Of a DNA stretch of 64,000 nucleotides, positions 1 to 8,589 are shown one piece after another. The stretch is from the NCBI RefSeq assembly GCF_934574045.1, contig NZ_CAKTMK010000004.1. The stretch is one strand, 5' to 3'. The notes under the pieces were generated by a model. That model worked only from the letters and a program-made list of their open reading frames with translations. It was not told where the DNA came from and made no database searches. This DNA is from an uncultured Oscillibacter sp. (lineage in GTDB: Bacteria; Bacillota; Clostridia; Oscillospirales; Oscillospiraceae). Positions within the stretch are counted from its first letter, which is position 1. Each line of letters starts with the position of its first letter. The translations under genes and the position numbers were made by a program.

Positions 1-159
1 TTGATGACCTGAAGCCACTCAAAATCGGACTCCTGAAACATCCGGATGCCGCCGGAGGAGCGCTCCACAAAGGGCAGCAGGCCCTCCTTGTCATAGTAGC
101 GCAGGGTGGAGGCGGGGACCTCCAGCAGCTTGGCCATCTCGCCCACGGTGTAGACCATT
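1..159 (-). CDS. MerR family transcriptional regulator (N-terminal HTH; 5' partial in window, start codon at 157-159)
   Basis: Manual reverse-complement translation gives MVYTVGEMAKLLEVPASTLRYYDKEGLLPFVERSSGGIRMFQESDFEWLQVI, a MerR-type HTH. RBS AGGAGGG lies 8 nt upstream on the minus strand. The gene is divergent from the downstream detox-like operon. Confidence 0.8.
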
Positions 160-211
160 TTGATCCCTCCTGAATTTTTTGAAAAAGCACTTGACTGAAA
201 GTAAACTTTAA

Positions 212-242
212 GTTGTAGAGTATACACGAACTTCAGATTTAT
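212..242 (+). promoter_or_regulatory. MerR-type promoter candidate with 19-bp spacer: -35 TTGACT (212-217), -10 TAGAGT (237-242)
   Basis: TTGACT, a 19-nt spacer containing the imperfect dyad TGAAAGT-AA-ACTTTAA, then TAGAGT/TATACA. Over-long spacers with a central dyad are typical of MerR-activated promoters. The site sits between the divergent MerR gene and the DHFR-like/cupin/CMD/AKR operon. Confidence 0.45.
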
Positions 243-289
243 GATACTGTCTGACGGCTCCACTGTCAAGCAGGACCAAGGAGGACAAA

Positions 290-967
290 ATGAAAAGACC
301 TTATATTATCTGCCACATGATGACCTCTGTGGACGGGCGCATCGACTGCGCCATGACCGAGCATCTGCCGGGCGTGGCGGAGTATTACGACACGCTGGAC
401 GCGCTGGACGCCCCCACCCGCGTCAGCGGACGGGTGACGGCCCAGCTGGAGATGGCCCGGCCGGGGACCTTCCGCAGTGAAACGGTCACACCGCTGGGCC
501 GGGAGGCTTTTTCCAAGGCGGTGGACGCGGGCGGCTACGAGGTGGTGACCGACACCCGGGGCACGCTGCTCTGGGAGAACGGCGCGGGCGAGCGTCCGCT
601 GCTGATCCTGACCTGCGAGCAGGTCAGCCGCGAGTATCTGGCGTATCTTGACGAGCGGAAGATCTCGTGGATCGCCTGCGGAAAGGAGCGGATCGACCTG
701 CCCCGGGCCTGCGGGATCCTGACCGGGGAGTTCGGCGTGGGACGGATGGCCGTGGTGGGCGGCGGACACGTCAACGCGGGCTTCCTTGCCGCGGGGCTGC
801 TGGACGAGGTCAGCGTGCTGGTGGGCGCGGGGATCGACGGCCGGGGCGGCCAGCCCGCCGTGTTCGACGGACTGCCGGAGGACCGGCCCGTGACGCGGCT
901 GAGGCTCTCCGGTGTGAAGCAGTACGGCAGCGGCGCGGTCTGGCTGCGCTACCGCGTGGAGCAGTAA
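290..967 (+). CDS. dihydrofolate reductase family protein (RibD C-terminal reductase domain-like)
   Basis: 225-aa ORF beginning MKRPYIICHMMTSVDGRID..., typical of the bacterial RibD_C/DHFR-like family. AAGGAGG RBS present. Confidence 0.75.
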   Translation: MKRPYIICHMMTSVDGRIDCAMTEHLPGVAEYYDTLDALDAPTRVSGRVTAQLEMARPGTFRSETVTPLGREAFSKAVDAGGYEVVTDTRGTLLWENGAGERPLLILTCEQVSREYLAYLDERKISWIACGKERIDLPRACGILTGEFGVGRMAVVGGGHVNAGFLAAGLLDEVSVLVGAGIDGRGGQPAVFDGLPEDRPVTRLRLSGVKQYGSGAVWLRYRVEQ

Positions 968-985
968 AAGGAGAGAAGCTTTCTG

Positions 986-1417
986 ATGAAGTACGAAGAT
1001 CGGGAAGCGTTTGAAAAGAGCAATCCGTTCGGCACCGGTGAGGCCAACACCGCCTATGCCAAGTTTTTCGTGGGGGATTCCTTCCTGAATCCCCTCACCG
1101 ACCCCAAGAGCGGCCTGTTCGCCGCCAACGTGACCTTTGAGCCGGGCTGCCGCAACAACTGGCACATCCACCACGCCGCAAAGGGCGGCGGGCAGCTCCT
1201 GCTCTGCACCGCAGGAGAGGGCTGGTATCAGGAGGCGGGAAAGCCCGCCGTCAGCCTGCACGAGGGCAGCGTGGTCATGATCCCCGCGGGCGTGAAGCAC
1301 TGGCACGGCGCGAAGAAGGACAGCTGGTTCTCCCACATCGCCGTGGAGGTCCCCGGCGAGGAATGCCGGAACGAGTGGTGCGAGCCGGTGTCCGACGAGA
1401 AATACGGAAAGCCGTAA
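986..1417 (+). CDS. cupin domain protein
   Basis: 143-aa ORF with the His-containing cupin motifs WHIHHAAKGGGQLL ... MIPAGVKHWHGA. Confidence 0.7.
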   Translation: MKYEDREAFEKSNPFGTGEANTAYAKFFVGDSFLNPLTDPKSGLFAANVTFEPGCRNNWHIHHAAKGGGQLLLCTAGEGWYQEAGKPAVSLHEGSVVMIPAGVKHWHGAKKDSWFSHIAVEVPGEECRNEWCEPVSDEKYGKP

Positions 1418-1437
1418 GACGGTAAGGAGGAATTTTC

Positions 1438-1770
1438 ATGGCTGTGAAACAGACCGCGGGGCGGGATGCGCTGGGCGGGTTTGCCCCGAAGTTCGCGGAG
1501 CTGAACGACGACGTGCTGTTCGGTCAGGTGTGGAGCCGGGAGGACAAGCTCTCGCTCCGGGACCGTTCGCTGGTGACGGTGGTGGCCCTGATGGCCCAGG
1601 GGCTGACGGACGAGAGCTTCCGCTATCATCTGCTCAGCGCCAAAAAGAACGGCATCACAAAAGACGAGATCGCGGAGATCGTCACCCATGCCGCGTTTTA
1701 CTGCGGCTGGCCCAAGACGTGGGCGGTGTTCCGCATGGCGAAGGAGATCTGGAAGGAGGAGGAAGCATGA
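1438..1770 (+). CDS. carboxymuconolactone decarboxylase (CMD/AhpD-like) family protein
   Basis: 110-aa ORF with a CMD-family signature (HAAFYCGWPK). RBS AAGGAGG. Its stop overlaps the next start (ATGA). Confidence 0.8.
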   Translation: MAVKQTAGRDALGGFAPKFAELNDDVLFGQVWSREDKLSLRDRSLVTVVALMAQGLTDESFRYHLLSAKKNGITKDEIAEIVTHAAFYCGWPKTWAVFRMAKEIWKEEEA

Positions 1771-2636
1771 TCCTGAAGGAGACGTATACGCTGGCCGGGG
1801 GCGCAAAGCTGCCCAAGCTGGGGCTTGGCACCTGGTTCATTGACGACGGTAAGGCGGCGGAGGGGGTCCGCGCGGCGGTGGAGCTGGGCTACCGGTTCCT
1901 CGACACCGCGCAGGCCTACGGCAACGAGCGGGGCGTGGGCGAGGGCGTGCGCACCTGCGGTCTGCCCCGGGAGGAGCTGTTCGTCGCCAGCAAGGTGGCG
2001 GCGGAGCACAAGTCCTATGACGCGGCGGCGAAGTCCATCGACGAGACGCTGGAAAAAATGGGGCTTTCCTATCTGGACCAGATGATGATTCACTCCCCCC
2101 AGCCGTGGGCGGAATTCCGGGCGGAGAAGCGGTATTTTGAGGAGAACCGGGAGGTCTGGCGGGCGCTGGAGGACGCGCAGGCGGCGGGGAAGGTCCGTGT
2201 CATCGGTGTGTCCAACTTCCTGCAGGACGATCTGGAGAGCCTGCTGCCCGCCTGCCGCGTGCGGCCCATGGTCAACCAGATCCTTCTGCACATCGGCCGT
2301 ACCGACCAGACGCTTCTGGACTTCTGCGAAGCGCAGGAGATCCGGGTGGAGGCGTATTCTCCCATCGCCCACGGCGAGGCGCTGAAGAACCCCGCCATTT
2401 CCAAAATGGCGGAGAAGTACGGCGTGACCGCTCCGCAGCTGTGCATCCGGTATGTGATCCAGCTTGGCGCGGCGGCTCTGCCCAAGACCGCCGACCCGGA
2501 CCATATGCGGGGGAACGCGGACATGGATTTCACGATTTCCGACGCGGATATGCAGACGCTTTCGAGCATGGAGCGGATGCGGGATTACGGGGAATTCAAT
2601 ATCTTCCCGGTGTTCAGCGGCAAGCCGCTGGCGTAA
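1767..2636 (+). CDS. aldo/keto reductase
   Basis: MILKETYTLAGGAKLPKLGLGTWF...DTAQAYGNE... is the classic AKR N-terminus. The start at 1767 overlaps the upstream stop. The six-frame ORF 1530..2636 is an upstream in-frame extension. Confidence 0.85.
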   Translation: MILKETYTLAGGAKLPKLGLGTWFIDDGKAAEGVRAAVELGYRFLDTAQAYGNERGVGEGVRTCGLPREELFVASKVAAEHKSYDAAAKSIDETLEKMGLSYLDQMMIHSPQPWAEFRAEKRYFEENREVWRALEDAQAAGKVRVIGVSNFLQDDLESLLPACRVRPMVNQILLHIGRTDQTLLDFCEAQEIRVEAYSPIAHGEALKNPAISKMAEKYGVTAPQLCIRYVIQLGAAALPKTADPDHMRGNADMDFTISDADMQTLSSMERMRDYGEFNIFPVFSGKPLA

Positions 2637-2651
2637 GGGAAACGGAAACAC

Positions 2652-2688
2652 GCCGGGGGCGCCGTCCAACTTGGACGGCGCCCCCGGC
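2652..2688 (+). terminator. GC-rich hairpin downstream of AKR gene (no clear U-tract)
   Basis: Perfect inverted repeat gccgggggcgccgtcc/ggacggcgcccccggc around the loop AACTTG. Confidence 0.4.
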
Positions 2689-2722
2689 GCATCAGCTCAC
2701 GGAAGATGGAGGTGTTGTAGTG

Positions 2723-3826
2723 ATTTCGATCCACGCGCCCTGCGGGGCGCGACAGGTGTGAATGAAATTATTTCCGTCCCAGTCAAAATTTCAATCCACG
2801 CGCCCCGTGAGGGGCGCGACCCCGCCAAGTTCGAGGCCATCAAGAGCATCATTGCATTTCAATCCACGCGCCCCGCGAGGCGCGACCGCCAATAGCTGAG
2901 CGGCCTTTGTTGGTTGCGTTATTTCGATCCACGCGCCCCGCGAGGGGCGCGACTGCGCCGAGGTCGGCAGGCCCAACGATCCGGGCGCTATTTCAATCCA
3001 CGCGCCCCGCGAGGGGCGCGACGTGGGCGTGTTTGCCAAGGGATACCTCCCGGTAGAATTTCAATCCACGCGCCCCGCGAGGGGCGCGACTCCAGATTTG
3101 CCGCCCACAGATCTTTGATTACCGGATTTCAATCCACGCGCCCCGCGAGGGGCGCGACTTTTCCGTGGGCCGCGCGAAATTATAGACCAGCAATTTCAAT
3201 CCACGCACCCTGCGGGGCGCGACGCAAGCATCCTGAAAATCAAGGAGTTTCTGGGGCTATTTCAATCCACGCGCCCCGCGAGGGGCGCGACCGGATTGGA
3301 CTGAGAAACATGGAGAATCCATGGAAATTTCAATCCACGCGCCCCGTGAGGGGCGCGACCCGCCGTACCGGCCTTAATGTAGATCTCAAAGGATTTCAAT
3401 CCACGCGCCCCGTGAGGGGCGCGACTGCCACCCATAAGAACAAGTCTAAAAAGCAACGTATTTCAATCCACGCGCCCCGTGAGGGGCGCGACCGTTTCAC
3501 AATATCGTCATAATGCGGTTTTACGCATTTCAATCCACGCGCCCCGTGAGGGGCGCGACCGCTTCGCGCATCGATCTGAAGCTCGTAATTGTAATTTCAA
3601 TCCACGCGCCCCGTGAGGGGCGCGACGGCAAGACCCACAAAGCCGTGGCGTAACGACAGTATTTCAATCCACGCGCCCCGTGAGGGGCGCGACGATCTGC
3701 GCCCGGACGCCCGTGCGCGGGTCGGGATTTCAATCCACGCGCCCCGTGAGGGGCGCGACCTCGTCGCGTCTGGTGTCAATTTTGCCATGATGTATTTCAA
3801 TCCACGCGCCCCGTGAGGGGCGCGAC
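2723..3826 (-). CRISPR. CRISPR array, type I-C-like repeat, 17 repeats / 16 spacers (33-36 bp)
   Basis: Repeat on the plus strand is ATTTCAATCCACGCGCCCCGTGAGGGGCGCGAC (33 bp). Its reverse complement GTCGCGCCCCTCACGGGGCGCGTGGATTGAAAT closely resembles the canonical I-C repeat GTCGCGCCCCGCACGGGCGCGTGGATTGAAAC. Repeats start at 2723, 2788, 2856, 2921, 2990, 3058, 3126, 3193, 3259, 3327, 3393, 3460, 3527, 3594, 3661, 3727 and 3794. The low-coordinate repeats are degenerate (2723 and 3193 are 31-32 bp; 2856 lacks GG), while 3327 onward are identical. This points to a leader at the high-coordinate end and transcription on the minus strand. Confidence 0.95.
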
Positions 3827-4228
3827 AGCAAACCTGCACAAAAAAGTGGTGCGGTTTGCAAAAAACATACAAGACCGCCCGCACATACCCAGCGGACCGC
3901 TCTGCACCGGGCGGCGTGCCGAGAAGATTACCACAAACACTGTGGTCTGCGCGGTGCGAACCCGCTGGGAAAACCTGCACGCTTTCGCTTCGCACGCAGG
4001 GCAGAATGTCCCTCCGGCGAAGCGCCGCTTCCCGCCGGGATGCCTGCCGGAAAGGGGGGCTGCTTCTTAATATGAATAGTATATCAGCCCGCGGAAAATG
4101 GCAAGGGAAAATTTGGATAGGCGGCGGCCGTGCGGTGGAATTTTCCAGTCCGGTCTTGCAAATCCAACAAAAATCAGTTATGATAAAAAATATAATGTTA
4201 TGAAATTTTACCACTTAGGGGAAATGAT
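3827..4228 (-). promoter_or_regulatory. putative CRISPR leader (AT-rich toward 4080-4228)
   Basis: This region is adjacent to the youngest, non-degenerate repeat. It carries no convincing ORF and has lower GC than its surroundings. On the plus strand it also holds a candidate promoter for the C11 peptidase gene (TTGCAA 4159-4164, 17 nt, TATGAT 4182-4187). Confidence 0.5.
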
Positions 4229-5698
4229 ATGGGTAAACTATTGGGAAGCCTTGCGCTGGTCCTCGCGGCGCTGTTTGTGCTGGTGCTTCTTCTGCCGGAC
4301 GATGAGGAGCCGGCTGACCCGCCGCAGTCCTCCGCCGTGCAGACGGAGCAGCTGAGCGCGGTGTCCTTTCCGGAGGACATGGTGCGGGAGAAGCAGACCG
4401 TCCTGCGGGGCGGGGGAGAGGACACGGTCACGGTCCTGATTTACATGAACGGCTCCGATCTGGAGTCGGATGGCGCCGGAGCGACGGCGGATCTGTGCGA
4501 GATGCTGGAGGCGGACATCAGCGATCAGGTGAATGTGCTGGTGGAGACGCTGGGCACGCGGCGCTGGTCGAAAAAACTGGGCATCGCCGCGGACCGTTCG
4601 CAGCGCTACCGCGCGGCGGACGGAAAGCTCACGCTGGTGGACGATTCACTGGGCCAGCTGGACGCCACCGCGCCGGAGACGCTGACGGACTTTATCCGCT
4701 GGGGCGCGGCCAATTACCCGGCGGACCGCTACTTCCTCCTGTTCTGGGACCACGGGGCGGGGCCGGTATACGGCTTCGGCTACGATGAGCACCAGCCCGA
4801 GGACGCGGAGCTGACGGTGGACGAGATCCAGACGGCGGTAAAGGACGGCGGCGTGTACTTCGACGTGATCGGCATGGACTGCTGCATCATGTCCTCGCTG
4901 GAGCTTTGCTGCGCGCTGTACAATTACTGCGATTACATGATCCTCTCCGAGGATTTTGAGTCGCAGTATGGCTGGGAATATACCGGCTGGCTGAACGCGC
5001 TGTCAGAAAACACCTCCATTCCCACGCCGGAGCTGGGCCGCATTCTGGTGGACGACATGGTGGAGGACAACGAGCGGCGGGACGGCGGCTCGTCCACGCT
5101 GGCGCTGATCGACGAATCGTACATGAAAGTGCTGTACACGGCGTGGGTGGACTTTGCCTACGCCAACGAGGACGCGCTGCTGGGCAAGAACTACAGCATG
5201 CCCGTCCGGGGCGGACGGCGCGCCCATCCCCGGCTGCGGATGGTGCGGGACGCTTCCAGTATGGCGGACTATTACATCACGGACATCATGGCGGTGGCGC
5301 AGAACATTGCCTCGCCGGAGGCGGAGGCGCTCTCCGCCGCGGTGAGTCTTGCGGTGAACTACTTCAACTGCTCGTATGACGAGATCGGCATGACGGGCCT
5401 GTCCGTCACGCTGCCATACGGCGACGAGGACTTTTACGATGCGCTTACCCGCGTGTTCACCGGCGCGGGCCTTGACGGGGATTATGTGACGTGGCTGGGG
5501 AAATTCACCGACGGCTGCGACAGCTATTACGACTACGACCCGTGGTACGAGGAGGACTGGCAGGGCTGGGACGATTACGAGGACGATTTCGACTGGCTGG
5601 ACTGGCTGTTCTTTGACGACGAGGACTATTGGGAGGATGATGACTGGGACGACTGGGACTGCTGGGAGTACGACTGGGACGACGGCTGCTACGCCTGA
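4229..5698 (+). CDS. peptidase C11 (clostripain family, clan CD) with N-terminal signal/anchor and a Trp/Asp/Glu/Tyr-rich C-terminal tail
   Basis: The hydrophobic N-terminus MGKLLGSLALVLAALFVLVLLL is followed by the C11 hallmarks FWDHGAG (catalytic His region) and VIGMDCCIMSSLE (catalytic Cys). The final ~55 aa read DYDPWYEEDWQGWDDYEDDFDWLDWLFFDDEDYWEDDDWDDWDCWEYDWDDGCYA. Confidence 0.8.
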   Translation: MGKLLGSLALVLAALFVLVLLLPDDEEPADPPQSSAVQTEQLSAVSFPEDMVREKQTVLRGGGEDTVTVLIYMNGSDLESDGAGATADLCEMLEADISDQVNVLVETLGTRRWSKKLGIAADRSQRYRAADGKLTLVDDSLGQLDATAPETLTDFIRWGAANYPADRYFLLFWDHGAGPVYGFGYDEHQPEDAELTVDEIQTAVKDGGVYFDVIGMDCCIMSSLELCCALYNYCDYMILSEDFESQYGWEYTGWLNALSENTSIPTPELGRILVDDMVEDNERRDGGSSTLALIDESYMKVLYTAWVDFAYANEDALLGKNYSMPVRGGRRAHPRLRMVRDASSMADYYITDIMAVAQNIASPEAEALSAAVSLAVNYFNCSYDEIGMTGLSVTLPYGDEDFYDALTRVFTGAGLDGDYVTWLGKFTDGCDSYYDYDPWYEEDWQGWDDYEDDFDWLDWLFFDDEDYWEDDDWDDWDCWEYDWDDGCYA

Positions 5699-5736
5699 CG
5701 GCGGAGCAAAATTCAAGTGTGAAGCGGGAGGAAGAA

Positions 5737-7161
5737 ATGAAACTGGTGTTTAAGCTGCTGGCGGCAGCCTGTCTGCTGCTGGGACTGGCGGGCACCGTGA
5801 TCGATCTGGTCGAGGGGAACTTCGGCGAGGATACGGTCACGGTCCTGATCGTGGCCGTGCTGGCCGCGGGAGTGTTCGGCTACCTTGCGTGGCTGTGGCG
5901 GGGCAAGTCGCCGGTCAAGCGGGCGGCGGAGCAGGCCGGACAGATCGCCGAGGACCTTCGGAGCAGACGGGAAGAGGAGCGGAAGATGTCCGCCGTGCTG
6001 AAGCGGCGCATGTGGAAGTACCGCATCGCGGGCGGCGCGCTGGTGGTGCTTGCGGTCTGGATGTTCATGAACTGGGCACACAGCAATCTGCGCATCGGGC
6101 TGACCACGGTGGTCCTGATCGCGGGCCTCGCCGTGTGGGCGCTCGGCTCTCCGGGCGATTACAACGCCTCCACGGATATGATGACCATGATCGGGATGGA
6201 CCGTCCGCGGAAGCTGGAGGAATTTTACGAGGCGTTCAAATCCGTCAAGACGCCCTTCGGCTCCGGCTGGCTGGGCCGCTTCTCCACCATGAAGCAGCCT
6301 GCCCTGATCTTCGGGCCGAACTACCGGGGCGACTATCTTTACTTCTGGCTGGGCAGCAAGGGGAATATCGGCTACCTCGGCTATCTGAACTACTCCATGT
6401 TCAAGGAGATGGAGAAGGGCGACCCGAAAGGCCCCATCGGGACGGTCAGCGGCCGTTTTCTGGACGGGATCATCAAGGAGCGCATCAACGAGCCGCTCTA
6501 CCCGGCGCAGGAGCCGGGAGCGGATCTGGCCGGCCACCTGTGCTACAGCTCGGACGCGCTGATGTTCCAGCAGCAGCTCAAGGACTGCATCGACCAGTTC
6601 GCCAAGACCGGGCATGTGCCGCCCATCCGGGAGAGCCTGCCCTCTCAGGTCTATACCTTCACCGAGCAGTTCAAGCTCACAGGCCAGCGCTTTGAGGTGA
6701 TGAACGCGGAAAAGCAGCCGGTCCTGCGCGTGGAGGGCACCGTGCCGCTGATGACGCTGCGGGTGCTGGACACGAAGGACGAGGAGATCTTCCGCATGAC
6801 CAAGGAGATCGGCCACGCGCTGGCGACTTACCGCTTCTATTACAAGGGCGAGCCTTATGGCACGCTGGAAAAGCAGTTCACGCTGATCCGGGATAAGTTC
6901 GCCATGGACGTGACCGAGGGCCGTCTGGAGCTGAGGGAGTACGCCGGGACCATCGGACACGACTTCTCCGTCACGCTCAACGGAAGAATGCTGGGCGCGA
7001 TCATGGACAACATGGACATCACGATCGGAAACCTTGTGTTCGACAACTCGTTCCTGATCGTGTATGAGGAGAAGTATCTGCCGCTGCTGACGGCCATGGC
7101 CGTGATGGTGGCCAGAGAGCTGGCCCGGGACGAGGACGGCGGAGTGAGCAACCGGATATAA
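5737..7161 (+). CDS. polytopic membrane protein with C-terminal LURP-one-related/tubby-like (YxjI-like, DUF567) domain
   Basis: At least four predicted TM helices lie in the first ~150 aa. The C-terminal ~170 aa shows the alternating beta pattern FEV.N....PVLRVEG...F.I.D..G... ...FSVTLNGRMLGAIMDN of LOR/YxjI proteins. The ATG at 5737 is preferred because GGGAGGAAG sits 7 nt upstream; the track start at 5719 is a GTG. Confidence 0.6.
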   Translation: MKLVFKLLAAACLLLGLAGTVIDLVEGNFGEDTVTVLIVAVLAAGVFGYLAWLWRGKSPVKRAAEQAGQIAEDLRSRREEERKMSAVLKRRMWKYRIAGGALVVLAVWMFMNWAHSNLRIGLTTVVLIAGLAVWALGSPGDYNASTDMMTMIGMDRPRKLEEFYEAFKSVKTPFGSGWLGRFSTMKQPALIFGPNYRGDYLYFWLGSKGNIGYLGYLNYSMFKEMEKGDPKGPIGTVSGRFLDGIIKERINEPLYPAQEPGADLAGHLCYSSDALMFQQQLKDCIDQFAKTGHVPPIRESLPSQVYTFTEQFKLTGQRFEVMNAEKQPVLRVEGTVPLMTLRVLDTKDEEIFRMTKEIGHALATYRFYYKGEPYGTLEKQFTLIRDKFAMDVTEGRLELREYAGTIGHDFSVTLNGRMLGAIMDNMDITIGNLVFDNSFLIVYEEKYLPLLTAMAVMVARELARDEDGGVSNRI

Positions 7162-7205
7162 GCGCCGCGCCGGACGGCGAGAGATCAAAGCTGTGGAGGA
7201 AAAAG

Positions 7206-7880
7206 ATGAACAAGAAACGGTATGTCCAGGCGCTGGCGGGCGCCATGAGCCTGCTCCTGCTGGGCGGATGCGGCACGGTGACCAGCGTGGACCCTTCCGA
7301 AAACGCCGCTGTGAAGGCGCTGGAGAGCGCCTCGGTCGTGACCTTTGGAGGCGACCTGTCCGAGGCATATCAGTACGGAAAGATCTTTGCCGGAGATCAG
7401 GACTGCGCCCGTCTGACGGAGGAGGGCCTTCTGGACACCAAGTGGAACATCATGATAGACGGCGACCTGTGGTTTTACGCCAAGATCGTCACGGACCAGC
7501 CGATCAACGAGGATTTTGACGACGTGGTCACCGGCTCGACCTACGGCTACTATGACGCCAGCGAGACCTGCCTTGGGTATACGCAGCTGCGGTGCATGAC
7601 GCTTCCGGACGGAGAGCGGAACTTCTGCCTGACGTTCCTGACCCCGGAGGGGGAGTACAAGGATTACTACGCGGCGGAAGACGGCTCATGGGCCGCCGAC
7701 TGGGACGACAACGTCATTGCCCACGGCACGGCGGAGCGGATATTCCTCGGCGATTCCTGCGAGGTCAAGATCGAGATGGAAGAGGGCTGCGATGTGCAGA
7801 TGGACTTTATGGATAAGCTGGGAATGTACATGTGGCTGTTCAAGGACCTGAGGGACGAGTACAAAATGCTGTATTCGTAA
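7206..7880 (+). CDS. lipoprotein, function unknown
   Basis: Signal peptide with lipobox LLLGGC (MNKKRYVQALAGAMSLLLLGGCGT). No recognisable domain. Contains the motif SWAADWDDN. RBS GGAGGA. Confidence 0.6.
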   Translation: MNKKRYVQALAGAMSLLLLGGCGTVTSVDPSENAAVKALESASVVTFGGDLSEAYQYGKIFAGDQDCARLTEEGLLDTKWNIMIDGDLWFYAKIVTDQPINEDFDDVVTGSTYGYYDASETCLGYTQLRCMTLPDGERNFCLTFLTPEGEYKDYYAAEDGSWAADWDDNVIAHGTAERIFLGDSCEVKIEMEEGCDVQMDFMDKLGMYMWLFKDLRDEYKMLYS

Positions 7881-8055
7881 GCGGCGCATTTCTCCGCGCG
7901 GGCGGCCGCCGCGGTTAGGAGCGCTCCCTGCGGCGAAAAGTGAAAAGGACGGCGGGGCCGGGAAAGCATCCTTTCCCGGTCCCGCCGTTTCGCTGCGCGC
8001 CGGGCCGCGGCTCACGCTGTGCGGCCCGGCCTGTTTTCTGCGTCCGGCGCGTTTG

Positions 8056-8457
8056 TCACGCGTCCAGCTTGGCGTTGCACTTGTTCAAAAAGCGCTCGTT
8101 GCTGATGATGGCGCGGGTGTGGGTCCCCTTGCCGATGGGCCCCTTTTCGTCGCTGGCTTCCACGGCGAAGTCCACCATCTTCCCGTTGGCGGACACGCCG
8201 GTGACGGTGGCCGTGGCGGTGACGGTCATGCCGACGGGCGTGGGCGCATCGTGGCTCACGTCCAGATGGGTGCCGACGCTGCCCTGACCCTCCTCCAAGA
8301 ACTGCTGGAGGCACTGGAGCGCGGCGTTTTCCATCATGCCCAGCATAAAGGGCGTTCCAAACACCGGCAGCGCGCCGGAGCCGACGGCGGCGGCGGTCAG
8401 CTCGTCGGTGACGGTCTTATGTACGGTGAAGGACGCGCCGATCTGTACAGTACTCAT
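8056..8457 (-). CDS. hotdog-fold thioesterase family protein
   Basis: 133-aa ORF with pattern MSTVQIGASFTVHKTVTDELTAAAVGSGALPVFGTPFMLGMMENAA, characteristic of the PaaI/FcoT-like thioesterase superfamily. Confidence 0.7.
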   Translation of the reverse strand: MSTVQIGASFTVHKTVTDELTAAAVGSGALPVFGTPFMLGMMENAALQCLQQFLEEGQGSVGTHLDVSHDAPTPVGMTVTATATVTGVSANGKMVDFAVEASDEKGPIGKGTHTRAIISNERFLNKCNAKLDA

Positions 8458-8589
8458 GGTGATTCCTCATTTCTTCGCGGGCGGACCCGCTGGATTTCCG
8501 CGCGTCTGCGCGGCACCGCCGGACGCACGGACGCGGCGGCTCTGGAGATATTATAGCGAATGGGGCGGGAGGATGCAAGAAAAATGAAA

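Noticed and set aside
266-1336. 356-aa minus-strand ORF spanning the DHFR-like and cupin genes
   Set aside because: It is a high-GC antisense shadow ORF opposite two well-supported plus-strand genes, with no RBS and no recognisable domain.
2791-4214. Track ORFs overlapping the CRISPR array and leader (2914..3513 +, 3597..4214 -, 2791..3039 -, 3262..3456 - and others) with repetitive 'ISIHAPREGRD' or 'APLTGRVD' peptides
   Set aside because: These are translations of the direct repeats. They are periodic, have no RBS, and are mutually overlapping, so they are artefacts of the array.
8458-8560. Possible promoter or plus-strand small ORFs (8336..8587 +, 8417..8647 -) between the thioesterase and potD genes
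   Set aside because: Only a weak TATAAT without a -35 was found. The ORFs are Arg/Ala-rich shadow frames without an RBS.
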